Positions 1 to 7,036 of a stretch of DNA of 12,581 nt are shown piece after piece; position 1 is the first letter of the stretch; each line of letters begins with the position of its first letter. Both the position numbers and the translations under genes were made by a program. The stretch is from a bacterium (lineage in GTDB: Bacteria; Zhuqueibacterota; Zhuqueibacteria; Oceanimicrobiales; Oceanimicrobiaceae): positions 1 through 12,581 of the forward strand of contig JBHHXT010000138.1 of the NCBI GenBank assembly GCA_046757165.1, in the 5' to 3' direction. The notes beneath the pieces are model-generated. The model saw only the letters and a list, made by a program, of their open reading frames with translations, had not been told where the DNA came from and did not search any database.

Positions 1-192
1 GATAGGTTCGCCAGCGGTTAATCCTTCGACGGAACTTTCAAGTGTTGTCAGAACGATATCTGAAACACGCAATTCTCCATCAGGCCCGTCCCTGGTGACA
101 CGCAATCTGTCCATGAGTCAGGACAGCAAACAGAAGAGGCTACAACCGAGGAGCGGTGACAGGTTTATGGTGTGCCCATAGTTGCTCAAAAA

Positions 193-1125
193 CTATGCAA
201 CAGGACCCCCCGCCTTCTTTTCGATCCAACGGCTCAATGGATAGGTCAGGCCGACCAGCAGGGCGCCGGCGATGGCATCGACGGCGTAGTGGTACTGCAG
301 GTAGACAGTGGAGACGGTCAACGATAAAACGAGCGGCAAGAGCGTCCAGCCAAGCCATCGCCTGGTGCGAAACATGAAAATCAAAATAACCCAGACAGCG
401 GCCACGTGAGAGCTCGGAAAGGCGGCACCAATGATGGAAGCAGTTGCCTGGATATTCATGACCATGCTGTCAAACAAACCGACGGCTTGACGCTCAGCGA
501 GCAGAAAAGACAGGGTTTGTTGCGGCCCGCGCGCGGTCAAGGACAGGTACGAAAGGTAGCACAGGTACATGGTAAAAGACAAACTGAACACCAAAGAATG
601 AAACATCTCCCGGTTCTTGCGCAAATACAGCACCAGCCCACCACCCGGGATGAGCAAGTAGTATGACCAGTACGAAAAGGCCATGAACTCGGTGAGCCAG
701 GGGTGGAAGATGCGCTGCACAAGCACAGTTGGATGGTCTCCAAACAACGCAACGTCCCAGTTGATGAGATGCGACTCCAGCCAAAACGGAAAAAAAATGT
801 TGATGATCAGGCTCACCTCTTTGAACATCAGCGTGAACAGAATGAAGGGATAGATGTCCCGTACGAAGTGAAGCACTTTCGATGTGCGGGATTCGACCAG
901 ATGAATCAGTCCAAGCAGGAGGGCAGCCACCCCGGCATGGCCAATAATGTAGAAGTACCACCCGTCGACGCGCTGGTTAAAAGCAATGATGACAACGGTG
1001 AGCAAACCTATGTAGGTAAACGTTGTAAGATCGATGAGTCTTAAGCGTTGGGCCAGGAGCGACCCCTGGAGACGCCGTATCCGGCTGGAGGATATCTGTC
1101 TTACGTCGTGCGTGTTTTCAGTCAC
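193..1125 (-). CDS. PAP2-superfamily integral membrane phosphatase/phosphotransferase (PAP2_3, Aur1/IPC-synthase-like)
   Basis: 310-aa ORF with many hydrophobic segments; PAP2 motifs AFPSSHVA (C2) and LQYHYAVDAIAG (C3). The GTG start at 1125 is uncertain because the RBS is weak. Confidence 0.85.
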   Translation of the reverse strand: MTENTHDVRQISSSRIRRLQGSLLAQRLRLIDLTTFTYIGLLTVVIIAFNQRVDGWYFYIIGHAGVAALLLGLIHLVESRTSKVLHFVRDIYPFILFTLMFKEVSLIINIFFPFWLESHLINWDVALFGDHPTVLVQRIFHPWLTEFMAFSYWSYYLLIPGGGLVLYLRKNREMFHSLVFSLSFTMYLCYLSYLSLTARGPQQTLSFLLAERQAVGLFDSMVMNIQATASIIGAAFPSSHVAAVWVILIFMFRTRRWLGWTLLPLVLSLTVSTVYLQYHYAVDAIAGALLVGLTYPLSRWIEKKAGGPVA

Positions 1126-1183
1126 AAATGTTGATCTGTCGAGTCGGTTAAGCCCGCTTCTGCTTCACGGAATGAGAACGCTG

Positions 1184-1212
1184 ATATTACGAAAAGGCAC
1201 GGCCAAAAGCAA
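1184..1212 (-). promoter_or_regulatory. Putative sigma70-type promoter for the PAP2 gene
   Basis: Minus strand TTGCTT (1212-1207), 17-nt spacer, TAATAT (1189-1184), about 60 nt upstream of the GTG. Confidence 0.5.
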
Positions 1213-1232
1213 GGCCAATCTGGGACACCGGA

Positions 1233-1478
1233 CTAAGTTTTCTTCAGCACCCTCAGAACCGCGACCAGAATCACGGCGCCAAGAAAAGCGACGATAATCT
1301 GGGTAATCATGCCGGTCGCCACATAGCCGAGTTTGCCAAACAGCCACCCCCCGATCAAAGCCCCAAGAATGCCAATCACAATATCCCCGACCACGCCATA
1401 TCCCTTGCCCCGCATCACCTTCCCCGTCAGCCACCCGGCCACGAGACCTACGATGAGCCACCACACTAAACCTTCCAT
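1233..1478 (-). CDS. GlsB/YeaQ/YmgE family (transglycosylase-associated) small membrane protein
   Basis: 81 aa, three Gly-rich hydrophobic helices (LIVGLVAGWLTG...GDIVIGILGALIGGWLF...IIVAFLGAVILV); strong RBS GGAGGGAG upstream of the ATG. Confidence 0.92.
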   Translation of the reverse strand: MEGLVWWLIVGLVAGWLTGKVMRGKGYGVVGDIVIGILGALIGGWLFGKLGYVATGMITQIIVAFLGAVILVAVLRVLKKT

Positions 1479-1529
1479 TCTTGACTCCCTCCGTTTTTGG
1501 ATTAACCGCGGTTATTCAGGCACTGCTGC

Positions 1530-1636
1530 AAAAGTCATTTAGCGCTTCGCGCTGTCATTCGCCCTGCGGGTCGTCATTGGGTCAGTGGTTGCTCAATGAC
1601 GCCCGCAGGGCAAATGACGAGCGAAGCTCAAATGAC
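1530..1636. repeat. Nested palindromic repeat element, copy 1 (complete)
   Basis: GTCATT at 1534, 1554 and 1573; AATGAC at 1595, 1613 and 1631. The left arm is a near reverse complement of the right arm. A second copy lies at 12512-12581. Confidence 0.9.
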
Positions 1637-1717
1637 AATAATTCCTCAACAACAAATTGACGATGGCGCTGCAAGGCGCCTATTGCATCATCGTTCTTTG
1701 TGAACGGCAACATTTTT

Positions 1718-4687
1718 TTACTCCCTCGCCTCCGGGACGATCACCAGGGGCACTTTCTCATGTTCGCGCAGGACCACAATCTTCACGGGTTGGCCAATCT
1801 TCACTGCATCGAGGGCGTAGGTGTAGTCATAGATGTTGGTGATTTCCTTGCCGGCGAACTCGACGATGATATCGCCGCCCTTCAATCCTGCCTTGTCGGC
1901 CGGGCCGCCGGCGCTGACGCCGGAGAGTTTGACGCCCCCCGTGCCTTCACCGACATAGTCCGGGATGGTGCCGAGGTAGGCGCGCATGGTCTCGCGGTTT
2001 CCGGCCCGGCTTTTCACACGCTCGACCTTGACGTACTCCGGACGCTGGTCGTCCCGGGCGAGGTCGAGGATGAGAGCCATGGCGAACTTTGCGATTCTTT
2101 CCAGCCCCGGGTAGTTTAGCGTTTCGGCATCGTCAGTCGGGCGGTTGTAATCCTCGTGACTGCCGGTGAAAAAGCTCAGAACCGGAACCCCCTTCGGATA
2201 AAAGGCGGTGATGTCGGTGGGCTGATAGGGGTCATCCTGAATCACGAGGCTGAATCCAGCCACCACATTGCGCTTCTCGACCAATCTTCGCCAGAGCGGG
2301 GAAGAGCCAACGCCTTGCAGAATGAGCTTGTTTTCGCGCAACCGGCCAACCATGTCAAAGTTCAGATACGCGGCCACGTTTTTGAGTGCCACCGGAGGCG
2401 TGTCCGTGAACGCGGAAGAGCCGATAATGCCGAGCTCCTCCCCGGACCAGAGGGCAAAAATCAGGTCGCGCTTGAAAGCATCGGGTTGGTGTTTTTGTGC
2501 ATCCGCGAGCGCCGCCGCCAACTCCAGGACGGTGGAGGTTCCGGAGGCGTTGTCATCGGCGCCGTTGTGAATCTGACCTTCCTCACCCTTGCGCGCCAGC
2601 GAGCCGGTTTCTCCGTAACCGATGTGGTCGTAGTGCGCGCCGATGATGATGGCCTCGGCCGTTTTCTTTCCTGTCGCCGGCAGCATGCCCACAACGTTGT
2701 CGTCCCGTTTTTTGATGCGCGCAATCCCGGTCCGGATTCTGATGCTGACCCCGGGAAGTTGAAAGCGTCCCTCGTAATGCGGATTTTCGCGGTCGAGCTC
2801 AGTCTGCACGTCAGCCAGTGTTTTGCCTGCCCGGGCAAACAGCGTTTGCGCAACCTCACCGCTGATGGAGAGAGCGACGATGCCAGAGTTCGCTGAACTG
2901 TTGTCGTAGGAGAGCGGGATCAGCTTGCCGGCGTTGGGGGAATTCGGGCCGGTGACCGCCAGCAGACCAATGGCGCCGTGTTCGCGTGCAATCATCGCCT
3001 TGTAGCGCAGGGCGGCATAGCGGTTGAGGACCTGGCGCCGTTCCATCTCCACCGCCTCCGGAACATAGCGCAGGACGAGCACGATTTTATCTTTGACGTC
3101 CAGCCCGGCGTAGGAATTGGCGCCTGCGCCCCCTTCTCCGGGCACGGCCAGGCCGTAGCCAGCGAAAACCACCTCGCCTTCGATTTCGTCCTCGGTTGAG
3201 AACGCCAGCGGGCGAAAGTCCCGGTCGAGTCGCAGCGACGTTGTCCCGTCTGCATCGGTGATGGTCATCTGATTCTGGCCTTCTCTGAGCCTGACGCCGG
3301 CGGTGAACTCGAATTCCTGCAAATAGGTGCCATTGTCGCCGAGGGGCTGAAGGCCGGCGGCCTGAAATCGGGCAGCGATGTACTGTGCCGCCAATCGTGT
3401 TCCTTTCGACCCGGACATTCTGCCTTCCAGCTCATCTGAGGCCAGGTAGCTGACGATCGATTTGAAATCTTTGCTGGCGATTTCAGGTGAGAGCGTGCTC
3501 TTATCCCCGGTGCTGGCGGCAGCGGAGTTCGTTTTCTCGCTGGCGAACGATTCGAGGCCAGGCTCTGCGGTGCCGCGTCTGGGAGCGGTGGAGAGCTGAG
3601 CCAGCGCGGCCTCATGGTCCCAATCCGCCAGAAACAGTTGTGACTTCTTGTTTCCCGTGCGGATGCTTGTCCAGCAGACCTTGTTGCCGTCAAGCGAAAA
3701 AGCCGGCAGGCCGTCGAAGCCGTCGGTGAAGGTCACACGCACGGGCTCGCGCTCGCCGTTCGCATCGACGAGGTAGAGCTCAAAATTGGAAAACCCGAGT
3801 TTGTTGGCCGCAAACAAGAGGTACTCGCCGGAGGGATGGAAATAGGGTGCCCAGGACATGGCCTTGAAATCGGTGATTCGTCTGACATCCGAACCGTCGA
3901 GCTTCATGGTGTACACATCTGCGATGGCGCCGTTTTCCTCGAAATGGCGCCACACGATGCGCTCGCCGTCCGGCGTGAAGAAGGGGCCGCCGTCGTAGCC
4001 GGGCCAGTTTGTGAGTCGCGCCTGGTGGGAGCCGTCGGCATTCATCAGGTAGATCTCGCCAAAATAGGACGGGTCGATCTCCAGGCGTTTTCGATCTTCG
4101 GCGGACAATTCGCCGGCGTAGGCCTCCCTCAGCGAGCAAAACACGATTTTCTTGCCATCGTGCGAATAGGAACCCTCGGCGTCGTAGCCATAAGCTTCTG
4201 TCAAACGTTTCAGCCCTGAGCCATCCCACCGGGCAGAAAAAATATCCATGTGCACATCATAGTCCCAGGAATACCGACGTTTCTTGCCGGCAGTGCGAGC
4301 CTGGTATTCCTCCTGCTGACGTCGGTCCACCTGCGGGTCCAGGTGTGTCGAGCCGAACAGCACCTCGTCTGTGTTGCGGAAAAAGGCGCACGTTGTCTTG
4401 CCCTTGCCCGGCGATACGCGGTGGCTGTCACCGGTTTCGAGATTGAGAATGTAAATCTGAAAGAAAGGATTGCCCGGCACGCGCTCGCTCTGAAAAATGA
4501 GCGCCTTGCCATCCTTCGAGAAGTATCCCTCGCCGGAGCGCTTCCCCTCGTAGGTCAACTGGCGAACGTTTTTCAGGAAGTGCCCCTCGCCGGTGGCGTC
4601 CTTTTGGCTGGCCGGCGCTGGCAACACCAAAACGAAGTGAACGGCAAGCAAGGTAAACAATCTGCTGACAAAAGAGAATCTTGGCAT
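1718..4687 (-). CDS. Secreted M28-family metallopeptidase with N-terminal TolB-like (PD40) beta-propeller, PA insert and C-terminal PDZ domain
   Basis: Signal-peptide-like N-terminus; PD40-type repeats (YFSKDGKALIF, SYSHDGKKIVF, FFTPDGERIVW, YFHPSGEYLLF, AFSLDGNKVCW); M28 motifs LASDELEGR, GAHYDH, GADDNASG, WSGEELG, NFDMVG; PA region VVFAGYG...DVKDKIVLV; PDZ YLGTIPD...GPADKAGLKGGDIIV. I prefer the ATG at 4687 (989 aa) over the track's GTG at 4693, because AAGGAG (4698-4693) overlaps that GTG and sits 5 nt before the ATG. Confidence 0.92.
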   Translation of the reverse strand: MPRFSFVSRLFTLLAVHFVLVLPAPASQKDATGEGHFLKNVRQLTYEGKRSGEGYFSKDGKALIFQSERVPGNPFFQIYILNLETGDSHRVSPGKGKTTCAFFRNTDEVLFGSTHLDPQVDRRQQEEYQARTAGKKRRYSWDYDVHMDIFSARWDGSGLKRLTEAYGYDAEGSYSHDGKKIVFCSLREAYAGELSAEDRKRLEIDPSYFGEIYLMNADGSHQARLTNWPGYDGGPFFTPDGERIVWRHFEENGAIADVYTMKLDGSDVRRITDFKAMSWAPYFHPSGEYLLFAANKLGFSNFELYLVDANGEREPVRVTFTDGFDGLPAFSLDGNKVCWTSIRTGNKKSQLFLADWDHEAALAQLSTAPRRGTAEPGLESFASEKTNSAAASTGDKSTLSPEIASKDFKSIVSYLASDELEGRMSGSKGTRLAAQYIAARFQAAGLQPLGDNGTYLQEFEFTAGVRLREGQNQMTITDADGTTSLRLDRDFRPLAFSTEDEIEGEVVFAGYGLAVPGEGGAGANSYAGLDVKDKIVLVLRYVPEAVEMERRQVLNRYAALRYKAMIAREHGAIGLLAVTGPNSPNAGKLIPLSYDNSSANSGIVALSISGEVAQTLFARAGKTLADVQTELDRENPHYEGRFQLPGVSIRIRTGIARIKKRDDNVVGMLPATGKKTAEAIIIGAHYDHIGYGETGSLARKGEEGQIHNGADDNASGTSTVLELAAALADAQKHQPDAFKRDLIFALWSGEELGIIGSSAFTDTPPVALKNVAAYLNFDMVGRLRENKLILQGVGSSPLWRRLVEKRNVVAGFSLVIQDDPYQPTDITAFYPKGVPVLSFFTGSHEDYNRPTDDAETLNYPGLERIAKFAMALILDLARDDQRPEYVKVERVKSRAGNRETMRAYLGTIPDYVGEGTGGVKLSGVSAGGPADKAGLKGGDIIVEFAGKEITNIYDYTYALDAVKIGQPVKIVVLREHEKVPLVIVPEARE

Positions 4688-4753
4688 CTGCACTCCTTTA
4701 GGTTTCTTCGAGGTTGAAATAAAGTCAAGCTAATGCGATGACATATTGCCTCA

Positions 4754-4777
4754 CGCAGAGTCGCAAAGCGCGCAGAG
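4754..4777 (+). repeat. Short imperfect tandem repeat CGCARAG x3
   Basis: CGCAGAG 4754-4760, CGCAAAG 4762-4768, CGCAGAG 4771-4777. Confidence 0.5.
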
Positions 4778-4832
4778 AAATGAAAGATGAGTTGGTAAGT
4801 CTATTGAAATCATATCTTACCTCAAGATGAAT

Positions 4833-4965
4833 GTAACCATTCACCCAAAAGCCGGAGTGCAAAAATCAGTTCCGCCAGGAACGTATTTTTGCAACATAGC
4901 CGGCCAGTGATGCTGCAAAAATACGTTCACTGATTTTTGCTCTCCAATCATACCTGAATAGTTAC
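4833..4965. mobile_element. Non-autonomous MITE, probably IS66-family-derived, with 8-bp target site duplication
   Basis: Termini GTAACCATTCA (4833-4843) and TGAATAGTTAC (4955-4965) are a 10/11 inverted match. AGATGAAT is directly repeated at 4825-4832 and 4966-4973. Internal inverted repeats: 4854-4870/4929-4945 (16/17) and 4879-4893/4914-4928 (15/15). No transposase ORF. Confidence 0.8.
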
Positions 4966-5083
4966 AGATGAATTATGGGGTAGCACGATTTGTCTTCTCC
5001 AAATTTAGCACAAAATCCGAATGATGCAATCCTTTTGCGCATTCCGTGGCATAACCTGCAAGAGAAAGGTTCAGAAATGATCC

Positions 5084-5104
5084 AACACGGTCTGTGACCG
5101 TGTT
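5084..5104. other. Perfect 9-bp inverted repeat (AACACGGTC-TGT-GACCGTGTT)
   Basis: 9-bp stem with a 3-nt centre in the intergenic region between the kinase and the peptidase; function unknown (operator, REP-like element or terminator). Confidence 0.5.
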
Positions 5105-5141
5105 TTGACAATACCGGCAATGCTTTGATTAAATTGGACTT

Positions 5142-5167
5142 ACAAAGACACCGCTACAAACGGTGTC
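5142..5167 (-). terminator. Putative intrinsic terminator after the histidine kinase
   Basis: Minus strand GACACCG-tttgtag-CGGTGTC followed by TTTGT, starting about 16 nt after the stop codon; the U-tract is short. Confidence 0.45.
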
Positions 5168-5182
5168 GGATCATTTCTCCTC

Positions 5183-7000
5183 CTACGCCTTCCCTTCCCC
5201 CTTTGCCCCATATTCATTCGGCAAATACACCGTAAAGGTCGTGCCTTTGCCAACTGTACTTTTGACGGAAATCCGGCCCTGGTGTTCGTCGACGATTTGT
5301 TGCACGATCGCCAGGCCGATGCCGGTCCCTTCGTCCTTGGTCGAGTAGTAGAAGTCGAAGATTCTGGCGAGGTTTTCCTTCTTGATGCCATGGCCCGTGT
5401 CGGAGAAGGAGACCACGACGGATTTTTTGCGCAACGGACTGGAGGACTTGCCTGCTTCCCTGAGCACGATCTTCAACCGGCCGCCGCCCGGCATGGCCTG
5501 GATGGCATTGATGGTCAGATTGAGAAACACCTGACGAATTTTCGAGGCATCGACATGAGTCCGGATCGGGCTTTTGAGATACTCCCGCTCGATGCGAACG
5601 CCCTTGTTGAGCGAGTCGGCCACCTGCGTCATCACCACCTCGTCGATGATTTCGTTGATCGCGACCTCGCTTTTCTCCGTCTTCGGTGGCCGTGCGATGA
5701 GCAGGAAGTCGGAAACAAGCTGATCGACACGTTTGATTTCAGTCTCGAGAATGCCGTAAAATTTTTCGACGCGCTCCTTGTTGAGGCGGTCGCGGGAGAG
5801 TTCGCGTTTGAGGATTTGCATGTTGATGACCATGGAATTGAGCGGATTCCGGATTTCGTGTGACAGCACCGAAGCCAGTTTGCTGAGCGTCTCCAGAACT
5901 TCGGCGCGCTTGAGCCTGTTTTGAAACTCGATGAGCCGCTCTGCCATCCGGTTGAAGTTTTTCGCCAGGGCGCCGATCTCGTCATCGGTCACCTCGGTAA
6001 TGCGATAACTCAGCTCGCCTCTGGAAAAGCGCTCCATGCCGGAGACCAGCCGGTTCACCGGCGTGACGATGAGCTTGGAATAGAAATAGGCCAGCATGGA
6101 GGCCAAAAGCACGCTGATCACCATGAACTGAATCACCCGGAACCGCATACGCCGCGCCGGGGCAAACGCTTCCGAGGTGGGCTGCTGCAGCATCGCCCCC
6201 CAGCCGTAGCCGCCGACCGGCGCATAGGCTGCGACCATCTCCGTGCCCTGCTCTGTTTGGTAGATCATTTGGCCGCTCTCGCCCTTTTGGATCCTGTCCA
6301 CAACCTGGCGGTTCAGAAATCTCTTTTTCGAGTAAACATTCTTGCGCTCCGAGTGAGCGATAAAGACACCATCCTGGTCGAAGATAAACGCCTCTCCGCG
6401 CTGACCAATTTTGTTTTCATCGACGATGTCCCACATCGCCTTCAAATCGACGATGGCGTACAGAATCCCGGCCATCTCATTGTAAAGCTTGATCGGCTCT
6501 GCGATGTCCAGCATGGGAAGGCGCTCAGCTTCCGAAATGTAGACCGGGGTTTCGTAGCCATTGCCGTACCGGAAGGATGAAATGATGGAAGTCACCAGGC
6601 CGTTGCTGCTGATCTTCTTCGAGGCGACGTCATCAAAAGAGGTGGAGGCGATCACATGGCCGAGGGTATCCAAAATGGAGAGCTGGTTGAACAAATCAAA
6701 CTCGTTGACCAGGGTGTTGATGGCGAGCTCCTGGGTGCTGCGATTCAACGGAAAGATGGATTGAAACTTGGCCTGGCTCTTGATCAGATCCCGCGCCGTG
6801 CTCAGTTGCAAGTCGATGAAGCGGGTGGAACGGATAGCGAACTCCAGATTGCGCGCCAGGATCGTCTCCTTGATGGAATCCTGCGCCGTGTCAACCAACA
6901 CTTTCCCTGTGATGAAAAGCGGCAGTGACACAATCAAGATATGCGAGACCAGCAAACGGGTCAGCAGACTGTGCCGAATTTTGCTTTTTGACTGCAGCAT
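5183..7000 (-). CDS. Membrane sensor histidine kinase (TM-dCache-TM-HAMP-HisKA-HATPase; NtrB/AtoS-like core)
   Basis: Two TM segments; Cache-like PVYIS...IAEPI...GEAFIFDQDGVFIAH; HAMP TPVNRLVSGM...DEIGALAKNFNRM; H-box LSHEIRNPL; N-box QVFLNLTINAIQAM; G1 DTGHGI; F-box IFDFYYSTK; G2 GTGIGL. Confidence 0.95.
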   Translation of the reverse strand: MLQSKSKIRHSLLTRLLVSHILIVSLPLFITGKVLVDTAQDSIKETILARNLEFAIRSTRFIDLQLSTARDLIKSQAKFQSIFPLNRSTQELAINTLVNEFDLFNQLSILDTLGHVIASTSFDDVASKKISSNGLVTSIISSFRYGNGYETPVYISEAERLPMLDIAEPIKLYNEMAGILYAIVDLKAMWDIVDENKIGQRGEAFIFDQDGVFIAHSERKNVYSKKRFLNRQVVDRIQKGESGQMIYQTEQGTEMVAAYAPVGGYGWGAMLQQPTSEAFAPARRMRFRVIQFMVISVLLASMLAYFYSKLIVTPVNRLVSGMERFSRGELSYRITEVTDDEIGALAKNFNRMAERLIEFQNRLKRAEVLETLSKLASVLSHEIRNPLNSMVINMQILKRELSRDRLNKERVEKFYGILETEIKRVDQLVSDFLLIARPPKTEKSEVAINEIIDEVVMTQVADSLNKGVRIEREYLKSPIRTHVDASKIRQVFLNLTINAIQAMPGGGRLKIVLREAGKSSSPLRKKSVVVSFSDTGHGIKKENLARIFDFYYSTKDEGTGIGLAIVQQIVDEHQGRISVKSTVGKGTTFTVYLPNEYGAKGEGKA

Positions 7001-7036
7001 CAGGATTGCAGCGGTTTGAGTATCATTGAGAAGTCT

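Noticed and set aside
1..114. Minus-strand ORF starting at ATG 114 and open to the window edge (MDRLRVTRDGPDGELRVSD...)
   Set aside because: Only 38 codons are visible, with no RBS and no recognisable motif; cannot be supported without flanking sequence.
177..197. 7-bp hairpin CATAGTT/AACTATG overlapping the PAP2 stop codon
   Set aside because: AT-rich short stem without a following U-tract; compatible with chance.
1503..1514. 12-bp perfect palindrome TAACCGCGGTTA upstream of the GlsB-family gene
   Set aside because: A few palindromes of this length are expected by chance in 12.5 kb; no further support.
1530..1636. CRISPR array, tRNA or integron attC interpretation of the palindromic element
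   Set aside because: The repeated unit is only 6-7 nt and inverts midway; spacers are self-complementary; there are no cas or integrase genes, no tRNA D/T-loop consensus and no RYYYAAC/GTTRRRY ends.
1660..1694. Imperfect hairpin (ACGATG..TGCAA / TTGCA..CATCGT) after the peptidase stop
   Set aside because: The stem is interrupted and has no adjacent U-tract on the sense strand; weak terminator evidence.
5047..5061. TGGCA...TGCA resembling a sigma54 promoter
   Set aside because: GG-to-GC spacing is 8 nt rather than the required 10, and it faces away from the local genes.
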